64,000 nt of DNA from Ignavibacteriales bacterium (GTDB taxonomy: Bacteria > Bacillota > Clostridia > Acetivibrionales > UBA4821), in contig JBLNBO010000022.1 in NCBI GenBank assembly GCA_050260055.1, positions 131,207 through 195,206 of the forward strand, read 5' to 3'. Position 1 is the first letter of the stretch, and each line of letters starts with the position of its first letter. Below are positions 26,447 through 35,730 of this stretch, piece after piece. The position numbers were made by a program, and so were the translations under genes. The notes under the pieces are model-generated. The model searched no databases and had not been told where the DNA came from. It worked only from the letters and a program-made list of their open reading frames with translations.

Positions 26447-27533
26447 AACAATTTCTATTGTTGGATTAGGTTTAATAGGAGGTTCACTGGCAAAGGCAAT
26501 TCGCAAGGTTTTGTCTGTGAAGACCATTATTGGTATTGATACTGATGAAAGAATTCTTGAAGCAGCTTTGTCACAAGGAGTTCTTGACAAGGTTTCAAGG
26601 GAAATTGATAATACTATAGGAGATTCAGATATAGTATTTGTATGTACACCAGTAAATAAAATTTCGGAATGTGTAAAAGAATTAAATAAATTTGTTAAAA
26701 AAGATTGCATAATTACCGATACCGGAAGTATAAAAGGTAACATAGTTAATGAAATTGAAAAACTAAACGGAGATTTCGTTTTCGTAGGCGGGCATCCAAT
26801 GTGCGGGTCTGAAAAAGTGGGGTTTGAAGCAAGCAGGAGCCATTTATTCGAAAATGCATATTATATTTTAACACAATCCAAGCACACAACAGATTCTGCC
26901 GTAAAAGTACTGGAAGAAATTATAATTGAAATTGGGGCAATTCCTGTTATTATTGATAATAAGGAACACGACTTGGTCACTGGCACAATCAGTCATTTTC
27001 CCCACGTAATTTCTGCAGCAATTGTTAACACTGTAAATAAATTAGATGGAAAAGAAAATCATATGAGGACTTTAGCAGCTGGGGGATTCAAAGATATAAC
27101 CAGGATTTCTTCTTCCAATCCTGAAATGTGGAAGAATATTGTGATTAGAAATAAAGACAATGTTGACAAAATATTAGATAATTTCGTTGAATTAGTAAAC
27201 GAGTTCAGGTCTTGGCTAAAAAATAATGATGCCGGCTCAATATATAAATACTTTGAATCTGCAAAGGAATATAGGGATACATTTTCTTCAGGGAATATTG
27301 GATTGATTAATCCGTTAAATGATATTACAGTTGATGTGAAAGATAAGCCAGGTGAAATTGGAAAAATTGCAACACTCTTGGGCGAAAGCAATATTAATAT
27401 TAAGAATATTAATGTTATAAACAGCAGAGAGAATGAACAAGGGTGTTTGAAAATTAACCTGTCGGATGCAGATAGTACCGCAAGGGCATGTTCTGTTTTG
27501 AGAGAGAATGGCTATAACGTTTATAAAGTATAA
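26436..27533 (+). CDS. tyrA: Prephenate dehydrogenase with C-terminal ACT domain
   Basis: Rossmann fold IVGLGLIGGS, GGHPMCGSE, C-terminal ACT-like domain. Overlaps aroF by 11 nt. Confidence 0.9.
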   Translation: MECKTISIVGLGLIGGSLAKAIRKVLSVKTIIGIDTDERILEAALSQGVLDKVSREIDNTIGDSDIVFVCTPVNKISECVKELNKFVKKDCIITDTGSIKGNIVNEIEKLNGDFVFVGGHPMCGSEKVGFEASRSHLFENAYYILTQSKHTTDSAVKVLEEIIIEIGAIPVIIDNKEHDLVTGTISHFPHVISAAIVNTVNKLDGKENHMRTLAAGGFKDITRISSSNPEMWKNIVIRNKDNVDKILDNFVELVNEFRSWLKNNDAGSIYKYFESAKEYRDTFSSGNIGLINPLNDITVDVKDKPGEIGKIATLLGESNINIKNINVINSRENEQGCLKINLSDADSTARACSVLRENGYNVYKV

Positions 27534-27593
27534 AAATTATAATATTAGATTCTTTTTGTTTATTTTCAGAGAAAAAAGAGGGGGAGACTTGAA

Positions 27594-28868
27594 ATGGTCG
27601 TAGAACAAAAAAATGTTGTCAAGGGAGAATTGTATGTTCCTGGTGACAAATCAATTTCTCACAGGGCAATAATGGTTGGAGCTCTTGCAGAAGGCATATC
27701 TGAGATTGATGGATTTTTACTGAATGAGGATTGCTTAGCTACAATTGAATGCTTCCGAAAAATGCAGGTAGGAATCGAAATTCTTCCTAAAAACCGTGTT
27801 AAGGTTTATGGAAGAGGAATAAATGGGCTAAAACCATACTTGCATCCTTTAGATACCGGAAACTCAGGAACAACAATACGATTGATGCTGGGAATTATGG
27901 CCGGGCAGAAGTTCAATTCAGTATTAACTGGAGATGATAGAGCTCACAAGAGACCAATGGGTAAAGTAGTTAAGCATCTTAGAACTATGGGAGCGAATAT
28001 TATAGGTAAGGAAGATGGAAATTATGTTCCATTTCTAATTAACACCAGTCATCTTACAGGAGCGACATTTGACTTCCCCAATTCAGGAACCCAAGTTAAG
28101 TCTACCCTATTATTTGCAAGTCTTTTTGCAGAAGGTGAAACAGTAATCAATGAAAGAATAAAATCTAGAGACCATACTGAGAGAATGCTGAATGTATTCG
28201 GAGCAAATATCAAAGTTGATGGAAATACCGTCAGAAGCAATGCAGTTCCAGAGTTGTTTGCACAGAAAGTATATATACCTGGAGATGTATCTTGTGCAAT
28301 TTATTTCTTAGCTGCAGGTCTTTTGATTCCTAACTCAGAAATATTAGTCAGAGATGTTGGAATAAATGAAACCCGAATGGCAATCTTTGATGTGTTGAAA
28401 AGAATGGGTGCAAACATTGAGATTTCTAATATAAGAACAATAGATAACGCGACTATTGGTGATATTTGTGCAAAATATTCTGATTTGCAGGGTGTTACAG
28501 TAGAGCCGGATGATGTAGCAAGGATGATAGATGAAGTACCAATAATGGCGCTGATAGCTGCCAAGGCAAATGGTACTACAGTATTAAAAGAAGCGCCAGA
28601 GATTATGCAAAAAGAAACCAACAGGATAAAGGCAGTATCGCTTGAACTTTCAAAGATGGGTGCTAAGATCACTGAAACACCAGAAGGAATAATAATTGAA
28701 GGCGGAAAGAACCTTAAAGGAACAGTAGTTGAAAGTTATAATGATGAAAGAATAGCAATGGCTCTTGCAATAGCTGGTTTAACGTCCGAAGGAGAAACAA
28801 TGATTAGAAGGCCGCAGTGCGTTGACGTTGCTTTCCCTGAGTTTTTTGACATACTATATAGATTATAG
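27594..28868 (+). CDS. aroA: 3-phosphoshikimate 1-carboxyvinyltransferase (EPSP synthase)
   Basis: VPGDKSISHRA, GNSGTTIRL, and a length of 424 aa. Confidence 0.95.
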   Translation: MVVEQKNVVKGELYVPGDKSISHRAIMVGALAEGISEIDGFLLNEDCLATIECFRKMQVGIEILPKNRVKVYGRGINGLKPYLHPLDTGNSGTTIRLMLGIMAGQKFNSVLTGDDRAHKRPMGKVVKHLRTMGANIIGKEDGNYVPFLINTSHLTGATFDFPNSGTQVKSTLLFASLFAEGETVINERIKSRDHTERMLNVFGANIKVDGNTVRSNAVPELFAQKVYIPGDVSCAIYFLAAGLLIPNSEILVRDVGINETRMAIFDVLKRMGANIEISNIRTIDNATIGDICAKYSDLQGVTVEPDDVARMIDEVPIMALIAAKANGTTVLKEAPEIMQKETNRIKAVSLELSKMGAKITETPEGIIIEGGKNLKGTVVESYNDERIAMALAIAGLTSEGETMIRRPQCVDVAFPEFFDILYRL

Positions 28869-28895
28869 AAGAAGCTGAAAGGCTTCTTTTTTTTG
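28869..28895 (+). terminator. Rho-independent terminator
   Basis: GAAGC-TGAAAG-GCTTC followed by T8. Confidence 0.65.
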
Positions 28896-29268
28896 GGTAT
28901 TTCCATATACAAGATGTACGAATCTGAGGTAAGTTTTATCAATCCGGTTTATGGAGATTAACCCAGATTTATATGGATTGATAAATAGTAATTAAGCTAA
29001 TATAATCATGTTTGGTGTTAAGCCCTATATCCAAAACTTATTTGCATGCCAGGATGGGATTTGGAAAAAAATAATTAAAATTTCCGGACTTCCCTGTTAT
29101 AAATATTTAACTTGGGGTATAATGGCTATGGAGTTTTATTAAATATTCATTAAATTATGAATAAGTTTTATATAATCAGCATAAAAGGTCTTGTCTGATA
29201 TTTATTGTATGAATTATTTTATTGGTTTTAAATTTCTAAATTATTAATCAAAGTAAGGGAGGTATACT

Positions 29269-29766
29269 ATGTGTAATTGTGGATGCTGCTGCGACAGTGA
29301 AAATGACGTTGAAGTAAAAAAGATAGGCAAAATTAAGGAAGTTATAAACAAATATAAAGATACCAAGGGTGCATTGATTCCTATTCTTCATGAGGTACAG
29401 GAGATTTATGGCTATCTACCTTTAAAGGTCCAAAAAATCATTTCTGAAGAATTGAATGTTCCATTGGCTGAAATTTATGGAGTAGTAACCTTTTATTCAA
29501 ACTTTATAACTAGCCCTAAAGGGCAATATAAAATTCAAGTATGTCTAGGTACTGCATGTTATGTTAAGGGTTCAGGAAAGATAATTGAAAAGGTTAGCGA
29601 AGTACTAGGAATTGATGTAGGAAAAAGCACTAAAGACGGCAAGTTTTCTCTTGATGCTGTTAGATGCATAGGTGCTTGTGGTCTTGCTCCTGTAATGATG
29701 ATAAATGATGATGTTTACGGTCAGCTTACAACCGACAAGATAGAAGGAATACTGAAAAAGTACTAA
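29269..29766 (+). CDS. hydC: NuoE-like [2Fe-2S] subunit of a multimeric [FeFe]-hydrogenase (HydC/HndA type)
   Basis: Thioredoxin-like 2Fe-2S pattern (CLGTACYVKG ... CIGACGLAPV). Unusual MCNCGCCC N-terminus. First gene of the hydCBA cluster. Confidence 0.85.
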   Translation: MCNCGCCCDSENDVEVKKIGKIKEVINKYKDTKGALIPILHEVQEIYGYLPLKVQKIISEELNVPLAEIYGVVTFYSNFITSPKGQYKIQVCLGTACYVKGSGKIIEKVSEVLGIDVGKSTKDGKFSLDAVRCIGACGLAPVMMINDDVYGQLTTDKIEGILKKY

Positions 29767-29990
29767 TACCAGAATTCATAGGACAGAATAAAACGATTTT
29801 AACTATCAACTGGCTCTCTAACTGAATATTAGAAGCCATTATCCATGCTACTAGCCACTTGATTTCAAAGAAATCTTAGTGATAGTGTATATCCTTAAAG
29901 GATTGGACTTAGCGCCGCTTAACATCTATGAATGACTGGAAGGAATAGCGGTGGTAGTCGTCGGAGCTAACTTACAATGGGGGTGTTTAA

Positions 29991-31856
29991 ATGAAAACAA
30001 TCCAGGAATTAAATAAAATCAGGGAAGAAACCCTGAAAAAGATAAAAGCAGGTGGCGAAAACAAGACAACCAGAATCGTGGTAGGTATGGCGACCTGTGG
30101 TATTGCTGCCGGAGCGAAACCTGTTCTTGAAGCCTTCGAAAATGAAGTAAAGAGCAGAGGAATGAATAACGTTGAAATTAAGCAGAGCGGATGTATAGGT
30201 GTATGCAGACTCGAGCCAATCGTTGAGATTTACGAGCCGGGCAAAGAAAAGGTAACCTATGTAAAGATGACGCCGGAGAAGGCAAGAAAGGTTATTGAAG
30301 ACCACCTTGTCAGAGGTACAATTTGTAATGATTGTACAGTTGGTGGTAAGGAAGCAGAAAATATTGAAGAGCTTAAATCAATAAATGATGCTTATTACTT
30401 TAAGAAGCAGTTGAGAATTGCATTGAAGAACTGCGGAATCATAGACCCTGAAAATATAGATGAATATCTGGCGATGGATGGATACAAAGCAATCGAAAAG
30501 GTATTGAATGAATATACGCCTGCTGAAGTTATTGATATAGTTAAAAGATCTGGTCTCAGAGGCCGTGGAGGAGCAGGTTTCCCGACAGGTATGAAATGGG
30601 ATTTTGCTTTTAAGGCTCAAGGAGATCAGAAGTATGTATGCTGTAATGCAGACGAAGGAGACCCAGGTGCCTTTATGGACAGAAGTGTTCTTGAAGGTGA
30701 TCCTCATGCAGTTATTGAGGCTATGGCTATTGCAGGATATGCAATTGGCTCCAACCAGGGGTATATTTATGTGAGAGCAGAGTATCCTATAGCTGTAAAG
30801 AGATTGGGAATTGCTATAAAACAAGCCAAGGAATATGGGCTTCTTGGAAAAAATATTTTAGGAAAGAATTTTGATTTTGACCTTGAACTCAGACTTGGAG
30901 CCGGAGCATTTGTCTGCGGTGAAGAAACAGCTTTGATGACATCCATTGAGGGAAAAAGAGGAGAGCCAAGGCCAAGACCGCCTTTCCCGGCAAACAAAGG
31001 ATTATGGCAAAAGCCAACAATACTGAATAACGTTGAAACTTATGCAAATGTTGCTCAGATAATATTAAAGGGGCCTGAGTGGTTTTCTAGTATCGGAACT
31101 GAAAAGAGTAAGGGAACCAAGGTTTTTGCAGTAGGAGGAAAAATCAATAACACAGGCCTGGTTGAAGTTCCTATGGGTACAACATTAAGGGAAATTCTTT
31201 ATGATATAGGTGGAGGAATTCCAGAAGGCAAGAAATTTAAAGCTGCCCAGACAGGAGGACCTTCAGGTGGATGTATACCTTCTGAATGTCTTGATATTCC
31301 AATAGATTATGAGACCCTGATTCAAATTGGTTCAATGATGGGTTCAGGGGCATTAATTGTAATGGATGAAGACAACTGTATGGTTGATATAGCAAAATTC
31401 TTCTTAGGATTTACGGTTGATGAATCCTGCGGTAAGTGCCCTCCGTGCAGAATCGGTACAAAAAGGATGTGGGAAATCCTTGATAAGATAACATCAGGGA
31501 ATGGTGAAGAAGGAGATATTGAGAAACTTGAAAACCTTGCAAAGAGCATAAAGATATCTGCGTTTTGTGGATTGGGGCAGACTGCACCAAACCCAATCCT
31601 CAGCACTATTAGGTACTTTAGAGATGAGTATGAAGCTCATATCAAGGAGAAGAGATGCCCCGCCGGTGTATGTAAAGCGCTTCTTGGTTACAAGGTTGGT
31701 GTTGATAAATGCAAAAGCTGCGGAATATGTGCAAAGAACTGCCCTGTAAGTGCAATATCAGGTGAAAAGGGCAAGCCATATGAAATTGACCCTGCAAAAT
31801 GTATTAAATGCGGTGCATGCGAAACAAAATGCCCGTTTAAGGCGATAAGTAAGTAG
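29991..31856 (+). CDS. hydB: NuoF-like flavoprotein subunit (HydB/HndC type): N-terminal 2Fe-2S domain, FMN/NADH site, C-terminal 2x[4Fe-4S]
   Basis: GLRGRGGAGFPTG, CNADEGDPGAF, ESCGKCPPCR, C-terminal CKSCGICAKNCP and CIKCGACETKCP. Confidence 0.9.
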   Translation: MKTIQELNKIREETLKKIKAGGENKTTRIVVGMATCGIAAGAKPVLEAFENEVKSRGMNNVEIKQSGCIGVCRLEPIVEIYEPGKEKVTYVKMTPEKARKVIEDHLVRGTICNDCTVGGKEAENIEELKSINDAYYFKKQLRIALKNCGIIDPENIDEYLAMDGYKAIEKVLNEYTPAEVIDIVKRSGLRGRGGAGFPTGMKWDFAFKAQGDQKYVCCNADEGDPGAFMDRSVLEGDPHAVIEAMAIAGYAIGSNQGYIYVRAEYPIAVKRLGIAIKQAKEYGLLGKNILGKNFDFDLELRLGAGAFVCGEETALMTSIEGKRGEPRPRPPFPANKGLWQKPTILNNVETYANVAQIILKGPEWFSSIGTEKSKGTKVFAVGGKINNTGLVEVPMGTTLREILYDIGGGIPEGKKFKAAQTGGPSGGCIPSECLDIPIDYETLIQIGSMMGSGALIVMDEDNCMVDIAKFFLGFTVDESCGKCPPCRIGTKRMWEILDKITSGNGEEGDIEKLENLAKSIKISAFCGLGQTAPNPILSTIRYFRDEYEAHIKEKRCPAGVCKALLGYKVGVDKCKSCGICAKNCPVSAISGEKGKPYEIDPAKCIKCGACETKCPFKAISK

Positions 31857-31889
31857 TGTAAAGTGTAAAATGTAAAGTTTAAAGTTAAA
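31855..31889 (+). repeat. Five phased heptamers AGTGTAA AGTGTAA AATGTAA AGTTTAA AGTTAAA, overlapping the hydB stop codon
   Basis: Read directly. Same unit type as the arrays after rpmJ, rpsK and efp. Confidence 0.75.
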
Positions 31890-32052
31890 GGATAAATAAT
31901 GAATAAAAAGGAACGTCAGAAGCGAGCAGTACAAGGCGCACAAGGCGAAAAGCACGGAGCATATATCTAATATGTGAGTACTTTGAAACGAAGTGCAACG
32001 CAGTAATGCGATGGTTATCACGTTCCGTAACCTATAGAAAGGTGTGAAAGAT

Positions 32053-33804
32053 ATGGAAGATATGGTGAATATAATAATAGATGGTCAAAGTATGCAGGTG
32101 CCGAAAACATATTCGGTTCTTGATGCAGCTAGGGAAGCCAATATTGATATACCAACCTTGTGTTATCTGAAAGGCGTTAACGAAATAGGCGCATGTAGAA
32201 TGTGCGTAGTAGAAATAAAAGGAGCGAGAGGGCTTCAGGCGGCTTGTGTTTATCCTGTATCTGAAGGCCTTGAGATTAAGACAAATACTCCAGCCGTTAG
32301 AGAATCAAGGAAAGTAACTCTTGAGCTTATTCTTTCAAATCATGATAGACAATGCTTAACATGCGTTAGAAATAGAAATTGCGAACTTCAGAAACTATCT
32401 GATCAGTTGAATATTCAAGAGATAAGATATGAAGGCGGTATGAAAAAACGCCCTCTTGATAATTTTTCACCGTCAATAGTTAGAGACCCGAATAAATGTA
32501 TTTTATGCCGTAGGTGTGTAAACGTATGTAAAAATGTTCAAACAGTAGGAGTTATTGATACTGTTGAAAGAGGATTCGACACAATAGTATCGCCTGCTTT
32601 TGAAAAACATATGGATGAAGTTCCATGTGTAATGTGCGGGCAATGTATTGTTGCATGTCCGGTTGGAGCTTTAAGGGAAAAAGATGATACCCAAAAGGTA
32701 TGGGATGCATTAGCAAATTCTGATTTGCATGTTGTTGTCCAAACAGCTCCAGCGGTTAGGGTAGCATTAGGAGAAGAATTCGAAATGCCGGTTGGAACAA
32801 GTGTAACTGGCAAAATGGTTGCTGGACTTAAAAGACTTGGTTTTGCCAAGGTGTTTGATACTGATACAGCGGCAGACCTTACAATAATGGAAGAAGGAAC
32901 AGAACTGATTCAAAGGATAACAGAAGGAGGAAAGCTTCCGCTAATTACTTCATGCAGCCCTGGCTGGATAAAATTTGCCGAGCATAATTATCCTGATTTA
33001 TTAGAAAATCTTTCAACCTGTAAGTCGCCGCATGAGATGTTTGGTGCTTTGCTTAAATCATATTATGCACAGAAAGCTGGCGTTGACCCAGCCAAGGTAT
33101 TTGTAGTTTCTATTATGCCTTGTACTGCTAAAAAATTCGAAGCAAGAAGGCCAGAGCTTTCAGCAACAGGCTTTAAAGATGTCGATGTTGTGCTTACAAC
33201 TAGAGAGCTTGCAAGAATGCTAAAAGAATCAGGAATTGATTTGAAGACACTTTCGGATGAGAAGTTTGATGATCCTATGGGAGAAGCAACTGGTGCAGCA
33301 GTAATCTTTGGAGCAACTGGCGGTGTTATGGAAGCAGCGCTGAGAACGGTTGCAGAGATTCTTACCGGAAAGCCTTCTGAAAATATAGAATATGAAGCGG
33401 TTAGAGGTACGGAAGGAGTCAAAGAAGCTGAAATACAAATTGGTGATTTAAAATTGAAGGCAGCTGTTGCTCATGGACTTGGCAATGCAAGAAAGCTAAT
33501 GGACAAAATACGAAATGGTGAAGGGAACTATCATTTTATTGAGGTAATGGCTTGCCCAGGTGGATGCGTAACGGGAGGCGGTCAGCCGATTCGTTCATCC
33601 AAAGACCTTGCAAAGATGAATCTTAAAGAAGAAAGGGCAAAAGCAATTTATGCAGAGGATAAAAGTCTTCCTTTAAGAAAATCTCATGAGAATCCTGCGG
33701 TTAAGAAGCTGTATGAGGAATTCTTGGGTGAACCCGGAGGCCATAAGGCCCATGAACTTCTGCATACACATTATCAGGGAAGAGAAAACTATCCAGAAGA
33801 ATAA
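32053..33804 (+). CDS. hydA: [FeFe]-hydrogenase catalytic subunit (M3-type: 2Fe-2S, His-ligated 4Fe-4S, 2x 4Fe-4S, H-domain)
   Basis: H-cluster motifs ITSCSPGW (variant of TSCCPxW), MPCTAKKFE, EVMACPGGCVTGGGQP. N-terminal ferredoxin-like cysteine motifs. Start at ATG 32053 or 32062; the ORF track GTG at 32044 lies inside the RBS. Confidence 0.9.
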   Translation: MEDMVNIIIDGQSMQVPKTYSVLDAAREANIDIPTLCYLKGVNEIGACRMCVVEIKGARGLQAACVYPVSEGLEIKTNTPAVRESRKVTLELILSNHDRQCLTCVRNRNCELQKLSDQLNIQEIRYEGGMKKRPLDNFSPSIVRDPNKCILCRRCVNVCKNVQTVGVIDTVERGFDTIVSPAFEKHMDEVPCVMCGQCIVACPVGALREKDDTQKVWDALANSDLHVVVQTAPAVRVALGEEFEMPVGTSVTGKMVAGLKRLGFAKVFDTDTAADLTIMEEGTELIQRITEGGKLPLITSCSPGWIKFAEHNYPDLLENLSTCKSPHEMFGALLKSYYAQKAGVDPAKVFVVSIMPCTAKKFEARRPELSATGFKDVDVVLTTRELARMLKESGIDLKTLSDEKFDDPMGEATGAAVIFGATGGVMEAALRTVAEILTGKPSENIEYEAVRGTEGVKEAEIQIGDLKLKAAVAHGLGNARKLMDKIRNGEGNYHFIEVMACPGGCVTGGGQPIRSSKDLAKMNLKEERAKAIYAEDKSLPLRKSHENPAVKKLYEEFLGEPGGHKAHELLHTHYQGRENYPEE

Positions 33805-33815
33805 ATTATTCATTT

Positions 33816-33846
33816 AAGCCCCTCTCTTAAAGAGAGGGGCTTTTTG
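33816..33846 (+). terminator. Rho-independent terminator of the hyd operon
   Basis: AAGCCCCTCTCT-TAA-AGAGAGGGGCTTTTTGT. Confidence 0.85.
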
Positions 33847-33893
33847 TACATGTTGCACAAAACCCGGGCAGTAATTTTTGTTTATATTGGCAA

Positions 33894-33923
33894 ATGACAA
33901 GGCATGGAAGAATATGATATAAT
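33894..33923 (+). promoter_or_regulatory. Putative sigma-A promoter
   Basis: ATGACA, 18 nt, TG-A-TATAAT (extended -10, TATAAT at 33918-33923). Confidence 0.5.
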
Positions 33924-33936
33924 TTTTATATATGAT

Positions 33937-33976
33937 GCTAAAAGTAAAAATGGCATGAAAGGAGATGCCTTTTAGC
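33937..33976 (+). other. 5'-UTR nested hairpin with an SD-like loop
   Basis: Outer stem GCTAAAAG (33937-33944) / CTTTTAGC (33969-33976). Inner stem GGCAT / ATGCC enclosing GAAAGGAG. Confidence 0.5.
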
Positions 33977-34000
33977 ACAAAATAAAGGCAGGGAAATAAA

Positions 34001-35635
34001 ATGGCTGGCGGAAGAAATAATACTAAGCTATTAGAAGAATATGACAGCCCATTTAATGGGTCATTTGACGACCAATTTGATGGCCCAACAGATAGATCAA
34101 CAAGAAAAAAGAGCAAATCTAAGGATACAAAGCCTAGTCCTAAAGAAAATTTGATGAAACTTAAGGGCTTAGAGGATAATCGTGAATCACTAATAAATTT
34201 TTGCAGCAAACTAGCAAATGCGGATATAGAAGCAATGATTAAAATTGACCAAGGAATTATTGAGATTTTACGGATAGGCCTTGGAGAAAAATTTAATAAA
34301 TTTGAAAATAATCCTAAACTGGCAGAATACTTTGAGAAAAGACAAGAAACCCAGCAAGAATTTAATCAAGAAACTGGAACGGTTCAGGAAGAGGTATCAA
34401 CAGCAGGGATAATTGATGCTGAATTTGAAGATATTAAGCATCCTGAGCCTGTTACTGAAGAGAATAATAATAGAGCTGATTTTGAGCAGAATGAAAAAAC
34501 TCAAACCCAGAATGCGGATATAGAAGCTGCAGCAACAGCAGAGCCTGAGGTGTCCGAAACAGAAAAACAAATAAACTTTGATGAAGAGCATAATAAGAAA
34601 CAAGCAGAATATGATATTTGGTGGAATGAAAGCCTGCATGAGTTGGAAAATATCGCTGACCCAAGCGGTCTTGGTGCATATGGGGTAGAAGAAGGACTAA
34701 ACGACCCGGAAATTGAAGAACTCAGGAAAGAATCATGGGGGAAAATTACAAGAGATTATCAAGGTATGCCTTCAAGATATGCATACCTTGATAAAAATGA
34801 TGTTATTAAACCTAATCAAGCGCCGGACAAATCTCAAGACGTGGGTATTAACCCGGATGAGCCGATAAATGACCAAGCTAAAAAAGGCAAGAAAAAATCC
34901 AGCTTCAAAGATATGCTGAATAATGGCAAAAAGAAATTAAAAGAATACATTAAAAATTCGAAAATTTTTGCTTTCCTAGATAAAGAGGATGAATCAGAAC
35001 TTGATGTTCAAGCTATGCTAAGAAGCCGTGCCATATATTTAAAAGCGCAAAAAAAAGAAAGAGAGCTTAAGCAACAACAAAATCAAAAAACTCAGCCCCA
35101 AAAAGGTTTTATCCATAGAAAATATAGGGATGTTAAAGGATATCTTAAGCAAAAACAATTGAGCCACAAATTCGATAGATTTGTGGAAGAACAAGAGGGT
35201 AAAGAAGTTAAACCTGAACTCTCTATGGGGTTTGCTGGCATTAGTTCTGCTGCAATATATAAAATCGGGGAGACAAAAGATGGGCAAAATGAATACATGC
35301 TTATAAAAGGGAATCTAAAAAAGCCTCAGAATATACAACACTTTAATTTTGTTGGAAATATTGATGACTTAAAAAATTCTGATAGGGGGATTGAGGCGCT
35401 AAACTTAAAGAAATTCTTTACATTTATTACATATCCTATGGTTAAAGAAGCATTAAACAATAATAAAACACCAGACGGAAAATTTGATTTTGGGAAAGTA
35501 ACTGTAGATAGCATGAACAATCCGGTTTTAGGAAATCAGAAAGTGAATAAAGAGATAGCAGCTAATTTTAAGCATTTAAAGCTGGATCAGGCTGTCAAAC
35601 AAAATTCACAAGGCAAAAGTGATTTTGGACGCTAA
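34001..35635 (+). CDS. Hypothetical 544-aa protein, K/E/N/Q-rich, no recognised domain
   Basis: Long ORF with its own promoter-like element, RBS (GGCAGGGAAATAAAATG) and terminator. No TM segment and no motif I recognise. Confidence 0.6.
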   Translation: MAGGRNNTKLLEEYDSPFNGSFDDQFDGPTDRSTRKKSKSKDTKPSPKENLMKLKGLEDNRESLINFCSKLANADIEAMIKIDQGIIEILRIGLGEKFNKFENNPKLAEYFEKRQETQQEFNQETGTVQEEVSTAGIIDAEFEDIKHPEPVTEENNNRADFEQNEKTQTQNADIEAAATAEPEVSETEKQINFDEEHNKKQAEYDIWWNESLHELENIADPSGLGAYGVEEGLNDPEIEELRKESWGKITRDYQGMPSRYAYLDKNDVIKPNQAPDKSQDVGINPDEPINDQAKKGKKKSSFKDMLNNGKKKLKEYIKNSKIFAFLDKEDESELDVQAMLRSRAIYLKAQKKERELKQQQNQKTQPQKGFIHRKYRDVKGYLKQKQLSHKFDRFVEEQEGKEVKPELSMGFAGISSAAIYKIGETKDGQNEYMLIKGNLKKPQNIQHFNFVGNIDDLKNSDRGIEALNLKKFFTFITYPMVKEALNNNKTPDGKFDFGKVTVDSMNNPVLGNQKVNKEIAANFKHLKLDQAVKQNSQGKSDFGR

Positions 35636-35643
35636 AAAAATAT

Positions 35644-35676
35644 AAAAAGAGAAGTTGAAAGACTTCTCTTTTTTAT
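35644..35676 (+). terminator. Rho-independent terminator
   Basis: AGAGAAGT-TGAAAG-ACTTCTCT followed by a T-run. Confidence 0.8.
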
Positions 35677-35730
35677 TTCAAATTGATATAATTACCAGTA
35701 ATTAAGAATATGGGTGGAGGGTCAATACAA

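Noticed and set aside
33814-34209. 131-aa minus-strand ORF
   Set aside because: It overlaps the hyd terminator, the promoter/leader and the 5' end of the 544-aa plus-strand ORF. No RBS and a hydrophobic junk-like sequence.
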